Assembly: GCA_002269645.1 (NCBI GenBank)
Contig: NIVC01000212.1
Coordinates: 1 to 64,000 of the forward strand
Source of the DNA: Macrostomum lignano
Lineage: Eukaryota
Direction: 5' to 3'
Length of the DNA stretch: 64,000 bases
A model generated the notes under the pieces. The model had not been told where the DNA came from. It saw only the letters and a program-made list of their open reading frames with translations, and searched no databases. Below are positions 50,251 through 62,229 of this stretch, one piece after another; the stretch's first letter is position 1; each line of letters starts with the position of its first letter. The translations under genes and the position numbers were made by a program.

Positions 50251-53200
50251 CTAGGACATAAACAGGAACATTATGTCTGGAGATAGAATGCGAGCAGATA
50301 CGCTCAGTAAACTGATCATCTTCTCCAGACTGTCGGTGACGAGTTCCGGCTTCTCTAACAGGCTGTACAGCTTCTGTAACAGGTTTTTTGGATTAGAAAA
50401 GTTTCTGAACAAATGATTTGGGCTTGAAATAGCGTTGAGGCTGGTGAAAAAAGTTAGCGGAGGGTACAGACCATAAAATAAGGGTGGGTAAAGAGATCAG
50501 TAGAGGGTATAGACAGAAAAGATAGGCGGGATAAAGAGAACAGAGGAGGGTACAGATAGAAGAGAGGCAAGTAAAGATACAGCGTAGGGTATAGACAGAA
50601 AAGAGGCGGGTAAAGAGAACATCGGAGGGTGCAGATAGAAGAGAGGCGGGTAAAGATACGGTGTAGAGTATAGATGGAAAAAAGAGCCGGGTAAAGAGAC
50701 CAGCGGAGGGTATAGATAGAAGAGAGGCAGGTAAAGAGACCAGCGGAGGGTATAGATAGAAGAGAGGCAGGTAAAGAGACCAGCGGAGGGTAAAGATATA
50801 ACAGAAGCGGATAAGAGACCAGTGGAGGGTATAGATAATAGAGAGGCGGGTAAAGAAACGGCGTAGGGTATAGATAGAAAAAAGAGGCGGGTAAAGAGAA
50901 TAGCGGAGGGTGCAGACAAGAGAGGCGGGTAAAGACAGCATAGGTAAAAGAAACAAGTTGGCCCTCTGGCATCCCCACCTGCGGCCCGAAGCTCAGATCG
51001 GTGTCGCGCTCCATCACCCGGAATTTCTGCACAGCGCCTTTGTCGTCCCGAACCAGCAGTAGCGCGTATTCTACAAAAGGAGCGTTGATCGCTGAATGGC
51101 TGGCCGGCTGCGGCTGCTGCTTTTGCGAGTCTTTGCGCCGTAGAAGCAACTGAAAATTGCCGCCCTGCATTCGGCAGACCCTGTCGGCGGCTTCCGCTTC
51201 GGCCGCGGCGGTGGCGGCGGCGGTGGCGGCGGCGGTGGCTTGCAAAGCCGTTTCGGTGTCAGCGACAGCAGCAGCAGGCGACAGAAGCAGCACACTTTCG
51301 AGGGAGCGGAACCGGCTGGCCAGCTTCTGCTGACAGCGTCTGCGTGTGTGTGTGGTTTAAATGGTCGCGCCACGGATTTTATGGTGGGGGACAACGCCGA
51401 GGATTCTGCGTGTACATGTACCATGACTAAATTTCTAAGTGTACATTCTGCATGTACATGTACATGACTAAATTTCTACATGTACATGACTAAATTTCTA
51501 GATGTACATGACTAAATTTCTAGATGTACATTATCGGAGCCGCAGGAAGGCACTCATTTTGGCGTCGCAGGCGCTATGTTTTGTCGCCCTGAAGCAAAAT
51601 TATTGATTTCCATAACGGGTCACAAGGTGCATGGGGTGTAAGGGTGGGGGACAGACGCAAGGTGGGGAAACAAAGCGTACCCCATAGCTTTTGCTGGGGT
51701 GAACATGTCCCCCGGTGGCGACGCCCCTGGTCGTAGATACGTGTACACATCATCACCTGACTGATTATAGCGCTCCGATTCTTTTCTAGCCTTGTATTTT
51801 AGACCCGTAGCCTCGAGACAACATTCTTTATTCACTTGAACTGCACTGCATGCACTCACTTGAGGAGAGGGCCGGGCTTAAATCATCAAAATACCCAGGC
51901 CATGCTTAAAATATGGCCACGCGTTAAATTATCCGAGCTCAAAGTTTGGCATTCAGATGCGCGCTTAATCTCATGCGTCCCCCTGATCAACGCGTCTAAC
52001 TCGCAGCGGCCATTGACATTAATTTGGGGCTTTCGTGCCAGCGATTCACACCAATAAGAGCCACCCCCCCCAGGTACAGAGTGTGTACAATGGCCTCTAC
52101 ACCCTGTTGTCCATGGGCTTCGATTGTCAGACCATTTGTAAGCAGCAAAGATTATTTCTACCTATACTTTCAAAGTCAATTTTAATTGCAATTTTGCGGG
52201 CTTCAATGTAGTCTATGGTATTAATGGGATCGATTAAGGGCCCGCCGGGCAAAAGGTCATGGTACGGCGTCTTGGTACGCTCGAAAAATCGGCTTAACTG
52301 GGAATTCGGACAATCAAAACGGGACGCCATAGACATTCAAGCCAGGCGACAGGTCACACTCTAGTCATGTACTTTAGCAGTTTTTTAGCAAAGTCTACTG
52401 AGGGAGGCTTGGCCATAGACTATAACTTTGAACATTAAATATGGGAAAAAGACATTCAAATCGGGAATCGGACTGAGATTCTATAGCTCTCTGTCCCTCC
52501 TTCCCCTTTTTGCTCGTCTTTGGCATGAAAGCGACCCCATTCAATGGCGCCACCAATTCCTGTAGCAGATCGCCAGCGGCTGGCTGATGCGATTGAACAG
52601 AGGGTCATCCATCACAGGAGCTGCAAGAATCATGGGGCAAATTACCGTTTTGGATGGCAATATTTTCCCATTTTGAATGTCCATTCCACGGATTTGATTG
52701 TCCGAACTCACATTTACGAGCTATGATAGCATCTCGTACTCACGGAACTAGTTGAAACGGGATGCTCAGGATCAGCAGCTGACTGTCGCAGATCAGATGT
52801 CTATGGTAATAAACTACGAGCTCTTCTAGGCTGGCAAATTTTCTGCTTCTAACTAGCGAGTTGTCGCCCTCCTGAGTTTTGTCATCGTTCTGGAAGCCAT
52901 ATTGCTTCTGCAAGAAAGTAAAGTTTGATATTTTGGTATATATAATTACAATAGGATTAATGAAAGCAAGCATTCAGTTTATTCTTGCATGGTTGCATAG
53001 AAAACTAAAGAAACTTTGCCATGCAAGCGTACAGAAGGAAGCCTACTACGGACGATAGTAGCACAGATGCTTGCAGATTTATAGCAAATGATTTCTGTTG
53101 AAGAAAAGGGCAGCTCACCCCATCCTGGTCGGCGCTGATGCGCAACTTCAGTATCTGATGGTTTTGCTTCACGCACAGCACGGCAACCGATTGACCTTCT

Positions 53201-56200
53201 GTGTCCATGCGCAGAGCGTAGGTGCCCTCCTCTGGCGAGGCCTTGAGCACCCTGTGTTGCATGATTGTTTAGTTATTCGGTCATTTTTAACTGAATATTG
53301 CTAAATTTTCCTCATCTACATGCCAGATCCCCATCCCAGATCCCCATCCCAGATCCCCATCCCAGATCCCCATCCCAGATCCCCATCCCAGATCCCCATC
53401 CCAGATTCCCATCCCAGATCCCCATTTCAGATCCCAATCCCAGATCCCCATTTCAGATCCCCATCCCAAATCCCCATTTCAGACAGATCCCAATCCCAGA
53501 TCCCCATTTCAGATCCCAATCCCAGATTTCCATTTCAGATTCCCATCCCAGATCCCCATCCCAGATCGCCGTCCCAGATCCCCATTGCAGATCCCAATCC
53601 CAGATCCCCATTTCAGATCGCCATTTCAGATCCCAATCCCAGATTCCCATCTTAGATCCCATTCTAGATCCCCACCCTGGCCTATATCCCCATCCTAGAT
53701 CGCCATCCCAGATCACCATCATAGATCCCGCGGCCCATCCCAGATTTCGTCCCAGATCCCCATCCCAGATTCCAATTCGAGATCCCTACCCTTCCTAGAT
53801 CCCCATCCCAGATCCCCATCCCGGATCCCAAGAATCGTCTTACTCGGCGCAAAACTCTTTTGTGCCGTGGTGCCACAGCGAAGTCCTTAGCAGGTCTGTC
53901 AATTTTCTGTTGTCTGGCCTCGGTCTAAAAGTCGTGTTTTAGTGCGGTAACCGTTTCAATTTATAGTCTTGAAGAGAAAAGCAACACGGCATAAACTTTG
54001 AAAAAGTTGCAGTCCTTACTCAAGATCGTACGGCCGACGCAGCAGTACCTCTTGTTGCTGAGGCGCTGCCACCTGTATATGGAATATGTGATGATGAAAC
54101 AGCAGCGCCTCCATGCTTACGTGCAGCCGTTCGTTGTGACCATTCGACACCTGGTAGCCTTTCGGCGTTAGGCGGATGCGGAATACGGCAACTTTCTCGT
54201 TTTTGTCGTACCTGACGCATAGTTCGCGTTCCATGCCAGACTGTCTATGGCAGAAACCGCGCAGCATGTACACGCCATCGTCCTGTGCCTGTTTCATCAG
54301 TCTGTGCCAAAGGGAGGGGTTAAATCGCTTTGAGAGACTGATATTAGATCGTGGGCACCCCACCCACCCCACCCCACTATGAGGGACTGAAATATCAGAT
54401 CGTGCGCGACCCACAACACCCAACCAACTTTGAGGGGCTGCAATATCAGATCGTGCGCACCCCACAATCCCTACCCCACCCCATTGTGAAGGGCTGCAAT
54501 ATCAGATCGTGCACACCCCACAATCCCTACCCCACCCCATTGTGAAGGGCTGCAATATCAGATCGTGCGCACCCCACAATCCCACCCCACTGTGAGGGGC
54601 TGCAATATCAGATCGTGCACACCCCACAATCCCTACCCCACCCCATTGTGAAGGGCTGCAATATCAGATCGTGCACACCCCACAATCCCTACCCCACCCC
54701 ATTGTGAAGGGCTGCAATATCAGATCGTGCACACCCCACAATCCCTACCCCACCCCATTGTGAAGGGCTGCAATATCAGATCGTGCACACCCCACAATCC
54801 CTACCCCACCCCATTGTGAAGGGCTGCAATATCAGATCGTGCACACCCCACAATCCCTACCCCACCCCATTGTGAAGGGCTGCAATATCAGATCGTGCAC
54901 ACCCCACAATCCCTACCCCACCCCATTGTGAAGGGCTGCAATATCAGATTGTGCGCACCCCACAATCCCTACCCCACCCCATTGTGAAGGGCTGCAATAT
55001 CAGATCGTGCACACCCCACAATCCCTACCCCACCCCATTGTGAAGGGCTGCAATATCAGATCGTGCACACCCCACAATCCCTACCCCACCCCATTGTGAA
55101 GGGCTGCAATATCAGATCGTGCACACCCCACAATCCCTACCCACCCCATTGTGAAGGGCTGCAATATCAGATCGTGCACACCCCACAATCCCTACCCCAC
55201 CCCATTGTGAAGGGCTGCAATATCAGATCGTGCACACCCCACAATCCCTACCCCACCCCATTGTGAAGGGCTGCAATATCAGATTGTGCGCACCCCACAA
55301 TCCCTACCCCACCCCATTGTGAAGGGCTGCAATATCAGATCGTGCACACCCCACAATCCCTACCCCACCCCATTGTGAAGGGCTGCAATATCAGATCGTG
55401 CGCACCCCACAATCCCACCCCACTGTGAGGGGCTGCAATATCAGATCGTGCACACCCCACAATCCCTACCCCACCCCATTGTGAAGGGCTGCAATATCAG
55501 ATCGTGCACACCCCACAATCCCTACCCCACCCCATTGTGAAGGGCTGCAATATCAGATCGTGCACACCCCACAATCCCTACCCCACCCCATTGTGAAGGG
55601 CTGCAATATCAGATCGTGCACACCCCACAATCCCTACCCCACCCCATTGTGAAGGGCTGCAATATCAGATCGTGCACACCCCACAATCCCTACCCCACCC
55701 CATTGTGAAGGGCTGCAATATCAGATCGTGCACACCCCACAATCCCTACCCCACCCCATTGTGAAGGGCTGCAATATCAGATCGTGCACACCCCACAATC
55801 CCTACCCCACCTCATTGTGAAGGGCTGCAATATCAGATCGCTCATCCTACAACACCCTTATATCAGCTGCTATAAGCAACTACCAACCACCTGTTAACAC
55901 CCGCTCCCGCCAAGTCGAGCATCCCCTACTCTTTTCCCAGCCGGACATCTGACAGCCTGTAATATCCGGCGCACAGGTAGCTGCACAACGGGTCTCCTGG
56001 ACGTCCGGCAGCCAGCGATTCGGCCAGATCCCAGTCGGCCGGCTGCGATTTCTGCCACATCAGAGACGACGAAGTCAGCGAATTCGGCTTTGGCGGCAAC
56101 GGTGGCGGCGTCTCGCCGCCGTCCACGGACGAAGTCTGCGAAGTTATCGACACAGACGTCGACAAGGTAGGCGAGCGCGTTGGTCGCCATTCGCTATTCG

Positions 56201-59200
56201 ACATTTTGCGCGTTTGTCGCGAGATTGTCGGCGTAGGAAAGACTTCAGGGAATACTGGAGGAAAGTCTTGCTGTTGTTGCTGCTGTTGTTGAAGCATTTG
56301 CCTGTCCCTGGCAGACTGTGACGCTCTGGATGACAAGATAAGGTTGCACTGGCTCTCCTTACTTTTAAGGGCAATTTTTATGCACTTGGAAGAAATACTG
56401 CAAGTTACTTACCGTCTGATTGGCAGAGTTGGTTTCTGTAGCGGCTTTTGCTGCTCCGGCTGCTCCGGCTGCTCCGGCTGCAGCTTTTGCTGCTGCTGTT
56501 GCTCCTGCTGAGGCTTCTGTTGCTCCTGCTGAGGCTTTTGCTGCTCCTGCTGCGGCTTTTGCTGCTCTAGTTGAGGCTTTTGCTCCACCTGCTGCGGGTT
56601 TTGCTGCTCCTGCTGCGGCTTTTGCTGCTCTAGTTGAGGCTTTTGCTCCACCTGCTGCGGGTTTTGCTGCTCCTGCTGCGGCTTTTGCTGCTCTAGTTGA
56701 GGCTTTTGCTGCTCCTGCTGCGGCTTTTGCTGCTCCTGCTGCGGCTTTTGCTGCTCCAGTTGAGGCTTTTGCTGCTCCTGCTGCAGCTTTTGCTGCTCCT
56801 GCTGCGGCTTATGCTGCTCCTGCTGCGGCTTTTGCTGCTCCAGTTGAGGCTTTTGCTGCTCCTGCTGCGGCTTTTGCTGCTCCTGCTGCGGCTTTTGCTG
56901 CTCCTGCTGCGGCTTTTGCTGCTCCTGCTGCGGCTTTTGCTGCTCCTGTTGCTCCTGCTGAGGCTTTTGCTGCTCCTGCTGCAGCTTTTGCTGCTCCTGT
57001 TGCTCCTGCTGAGGCTTTTGCTGCTCCTGTTGCGGCTTTTGCTGCATCTGCTGTTCCTGCAGCAAATGTTTTGACTGTAACTGTGGTTTCTTTTGCTCAG
57101 ATTGCGGCATTTTCTGCTCCTCTACGGCCAACTTCTGCTCCTCTGACAGGGTTGGCTTTGGCGGCTTTGCCGGCTTGTGAAACTTCGCCGAGATGGCGGC
57201 AGCAGCGGCAGCGGCGGACAGAGCGGCCATTGACGCCCTGGCGCGCTCTGACGAGGTCGGCTGCGACGTCAGCGAGGCCCACAGCTCGGCCAGCTCAGTC
57301 GAGTCCTGAGACGTCGGTTGCCTAGCAACAGTGTACGGTTGGAGTTGGCGCGTCCAATCGGAGTCTGGGAAGAAACCGAGCTTCCAGCAGTCCTGGCCAC
57401 CATCCGCGCCAGACAGGGCAGCATCTGCTTGCAGCTCGCAGCCCTCTGAGCAGCTGCCAGGCCAGCGCATTGTTGGCTTGAAGAAGCAGAGGCTGCAGTA
57501 AAGGATAACTGGTGGATTATTTGCTTGAAGCTTTGAGACACCGAGTCAGCGCTCACAGTTTTAAGTATCATTTATACAATACTCTGCAATTGCCAGACGC
57601 AGAGAGTGTACAGGCGCAGAAAGAGGGTTGCAGCCTAGAGTTTAGAGCATCGGAATCACGACTGGAAGGTCGGGGGTTCGATTCTCGACCCACTCGGACA
57701 ATTTGTGTTCTTGAGCAAGACACTTAACTCTGCATTGCTTCAGTTCACCCAGCTGTAAAATGGGTGCCAGCATTAGCTGGGGTAATTGAGGCTGTGTGTG
57801 GCGACCCCCCAGGCCTTGGACTGAACAGCCGTACGCAGCCTTCAGATGCGCCGCGCAATAGCTGCGGCTGAGCTGTCGGTTGCACATATGCCCGTTTGGA
57901 CAGGGGTAATAATAAATCTTGACGATTAGAAAGTACACACTGTGTAAGCGGGGGCAGGAGAACTGCCCACAGACGAATTGCCCACCGAGATTTGCCCGCA
58001 AGTGTATTTTTCCTGCAGCGCTTTTAGATTCTGTCTGCATTGCCACCTCTCCCTTCCCAATGGTTAGTACCGCGTAAGTCTTAATAGAGAGATTTGGGAA
58101 AAGCTCGACGGGCAATTCTCATGGACCCTTCTGAACTAATCAGATATGTAAATTCAATTATCAATGCAATACTGCATTGCATATGATGCACTCTTGACCC
58201 AATTCTCTCTCACCTGAGAGGCATGAGATTGACGGAGAATCTGCATCGCACGGATGACTCTGTGTCAAATAGGAACAGGGTGTGGGCTCGAAGGACTGCA
58301 TAGAACACTGCAACTGCAAATTAATGGTTTGGGTTGTGTGGAGTTGCCGTATTGTACGTCAGTAGTCAGTAGCTAAGTCCATCAATTCCAGTCTATCGCT
58401 CTGTCGTACTCACATCGATTTTGCTTAGTCTTCTGGTCGGTCTCCAATCTGAGCAGATAGTCCTGGTACTCTGGACTGTCCGATTGAAATTTGTGCTCGC
58501 AGAGCCGTCTCACTGTGTAAGATTAATATACAGATGGGCCTGAGCCTGAGCCTGAACTTAATCCTGAAGCTGAACTACACTAGGGCCTGAGCCTGAGCCT
58601 GAACTTAATCCTGAAGCTGAACTACAGTAGGGCCTGAGCCTGAGCCTGAGCTTAATCCTGAAGCTGAACTGTAGGGCCTGAGCCTGAGCCTGAACTTAAT
58701 CCTGAAGCTGAACTACAGTAGGGCCTGAGCCTGAGCCTGAACTTAATCCTGAAACAGAACTACAGTAGGGCCTGAGCCTGAACTTAATCCTGAAACAGAA
58801 CTACAGTAGGGCCTGAGCCTGAACTTAATCCTGAAACAGAACTACAGTAGGGCCTGAGCCTGAACTTAATCCTGAAACTGAATTACAGTAGGGCCTGAGC
58901 CCGAACTTAATCCTGAAGCTGAACTACAGTAGGGCCTGAGCCTGAGCCCGAACTTAATCCTGAAGCTGAATTACAGTAGGGCCTGAGCCCGAACTTAATC
59001 CTGAAGCTGAATTACAGTAGGGCCTGAGCCCGAACTTAATCCTGAAGCTGAATTACAGTAGGGCCTGAGCCCGAACTTAATCCTGAAGCTGAATTACAGT
59101 AGGGCCTGAGCCTGAACTTAATCCTGAAGCTGGACTACAGTAGGGCCTGAGCCCGAACTTAATCCTGAAGCTGAATTACAGTAGGGCCTGAGCCCGAACT

Positions 59201-59622
59201 TAATCCTGAAGCTGAACTACAGTAGGGCCTGAGCCCGAACTTAATCCTGAAGCTGAACTACAGTAGGGCCTGAGCCTGAACTTAATCCTGAAGCTGAACT
59301 ACAGTAGGGCCTGAGCCTGAACTTAATCCTGAAGCTGAACTACAGTAGGGCCTGAGCCCGAACTTAATCCTGAAGCTGAATTACAGTAGGGTCGGAGCCT
59401 GAACTTAATCCTGAAGCTGGACTACAGTAGGGCCTGAGACTGAGCCTGAACCTCAACTTAATCCTGAAGCTGAACTACAGTAGGGCCGGAGCCTGAACTT
59501 AATCCTGAAGCTGGACTACAGTAGGGCCGGAGACTGAGCCTGAACCTCAACTTAATCCTGAAGCTGAACTACAGTCGACATGCCTTACCTGACAGTTTTT
59601 CAAGATCAGCTGCCCCGGACAT
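50251..59622 (-). CDS. PH domain - Q-rich repeat - Pro-rich - three divergent SH2-like domains adaptor protein, ~968 aa (model)
   Basis: Proposed exons 59622-59589, 58512-58414, 58313-58214, 57492-56413, 56361-55930, 54337-54020, 53906-53844, 53251-53119, 52907-52744, 51339-50979, 50373-50251; all GT-AG with matching phases. PH-like YAVLRAHTLFLF...ELAELWASL. SH2-like DDGVYMLR...SMEALLFHH; SLWHHG...EEGTYALR...FASLEELVVYY; EYALLLVRDDKGAVQKFRV. The last two junctions are least certain. Confidence 0.72.
50440..50945. repeat. ~40-bp degenerate minisatellite, last intron of the SH2 gene
   Basis: CAGCGGAGGGTATAGATAGAAGAGAGGCAGGTAAAGAGAC-like units. Confidence 0.85.
51410..51530. repeat. Short ~22-bp tandem repeat
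   Basis: TGTACATGACTAAATTTCTAGA-like units. Confidence 0.75.
53325..53830. repeat. 13-bp minisatellite, intronic
   Basis: Unit GATCCCCATCCCA. Confidence 0.92.
54340..55850. repeat. 56-bp minisatellite (~27 copies), intronic
   Basis: Unit GGGCTGCAATATCAGATCGTGCACACCCCACAATCCCTACCCCACCCCATTGTGAA. Confidence 0.96.
56460..57050 (-). repeat. Coding 21-bp repeat encoding (EQQKPQQ)n
   Basis: In frame within exon 57492-56413; no convincing internal splice sites. Confidence 0.8.
57625..57920 (+). mobile_element. tRNA-derived SINE with CORE-like central domain
   Basis: Head with A-box-like GCCTAGAGTTTAGAGC and B box GTTCGATTC (57676), then TTCTTGAGCAAGACACTTAAC...CAGCTGTAAAATGGG resembling the MIR/CORE segment. 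Confidence 0.72.
58538..59575. repeat. 41/47-bp minisatellite, intronic
   Basis: Unit GGGCCTGAGCCTGAACTTAATCCTGAAGCTGAACTACAGTA. Confidence 0.94.
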
Positions 59623-60057
59623 TGCAAATAATTATTGTTGGCAACAATTTTGCACCGAGTCTGATCTTCTGCTTCAAGTCAGCCGTTCCTAATAAAGGCT
59701 AAAATGTTTGATTCTGTCTATCCACTGTTTACAGCTGCCTCCCCCCGCGCAGTGGCCTTCGTAATCGCGTCTAAATCATAATAATCTTCCTGCTGCTATT
59801 GCAAACTTGAATTGGCATTCATTTGTGGAAATTCTAACAACGATTCGGCTTGTAAGGAATTAAACTTGACGGCTGATGCGATGGCGCACAACTGGCTTGG
59901 AAACGAAAGTTTGCTTAAGATCTTTTCAAGCGTTTTATATTGACGTGAAATTCAGCTGCAATACTGTACAGGTTTATCATCTGACATCACTCAATACCTG
60001 CGTGCGGTTTTGATGCTAGAATACGCAAAGAACTTGCTTGCAGAAGAGTTAACAGCG

Positions 60058-61152
<1,095 letters not shown>

Positions 61153-62229
61153 ACTCTTACGACTGTCTGTGTGTTTAGCGGGACCTGAGTTATGTTAATG
61201 CGTTACGTGGACCACGCAATTCCGGTTAAAAAATAGAGTCTGTTTTGACAACGCGAAAGGCTAGCTAGGGTTATCTTTTTGTTAACTTGACGGAATAGCC
61301 AGTTCGGGGAAACTGTGGTGGTTCACTAACTACGTTTTGGGGACCGGGTTAGGTGGACCGCAAAAAAACAGTTGGTTTAGTTAGACCTCTTTCGTTGTAG
61401 AAAATTTATTGCTTTAAACTGTTCTTTTGAACTAATTAAAACAGAAATTCTCAAAAAGAACAGATAAAAGGGTTACGACGTCATTTAATGAAAATATCCC
61501 AAGTTCAAACCAATTTATTTAGCATTACTAATCGGGTTAATCGGGTTAAACAAATGTACGATCGCATTAGTTAGTTGCGTCGCGTGAATACAAGAAGGTG
61601 AATGAAAATAAAGCATTTTGAAAATAAATACAGAATCATATCAAATACTAACTGTAAACTCATTAAAACTAATTTAGGTCAAAATGTATGCTTCAAATAC
61701 ATGTTAACAAACGTAAGATTCCATTAGTTAAAAAGGTCATCCGAGTACGAGCCTACAAGAAGTTGAAGGGCATTTTTAATAACGACAAAAGTTACTAAAA
61801 CTGAAATTAAATTGATTTGACTACATCAGTCCTATTATACTGAATGAGTTGGTGAGCAATCATATGATAAGCCAATCATTTTACCGACTTTCATCTTTTC
61901 GTTCACGCAGATGATGGCTTAATCTTCTTATTTTTTCTACGAAATATTCTCCTGGACCTTCCCTGCCTCCGTGGTCCGGGACCGCTTCTGTTATTGATCT
62001 GTCATTGCCTCTCTCACGAATTTCAGCTTACTCAGCCATCGAATCCACTTTCGTCAGCTCAGCTCTATGATGAACCTTTCTATATTTCTCGTCAATTAGT
62101 GGTTTAAATCTTCTTCTACAGTTCGTATTAACCTTCATCTCGGTGAAACGCAGTCAGTCTCGTCGAGCTCAGGCGAACAAAATCAACCACAGGCTCCTAC
62201 AAAGGTAGAAAATAAAATTAACTGACAAT

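Noticed and set aside
55891-55929. Stop-codon readthrough to a second phase-2 donor (AACAG|GTGGTT) in the SH2 gene
   Set aside because: An upstream phase-2 donor (GA|GTAGGG) avoids the TAG, so readthrough is not needed.
56420-57325. 301-aa Ala-rich ORF on + strand
   Set aside because: Antisense shadow of the Q-rich coding repeat.
61900-62210. Start of another + strand gene
   Set aside because: Exon-like pieces with acceptor and donor, but no consistent frame or recognisable product.
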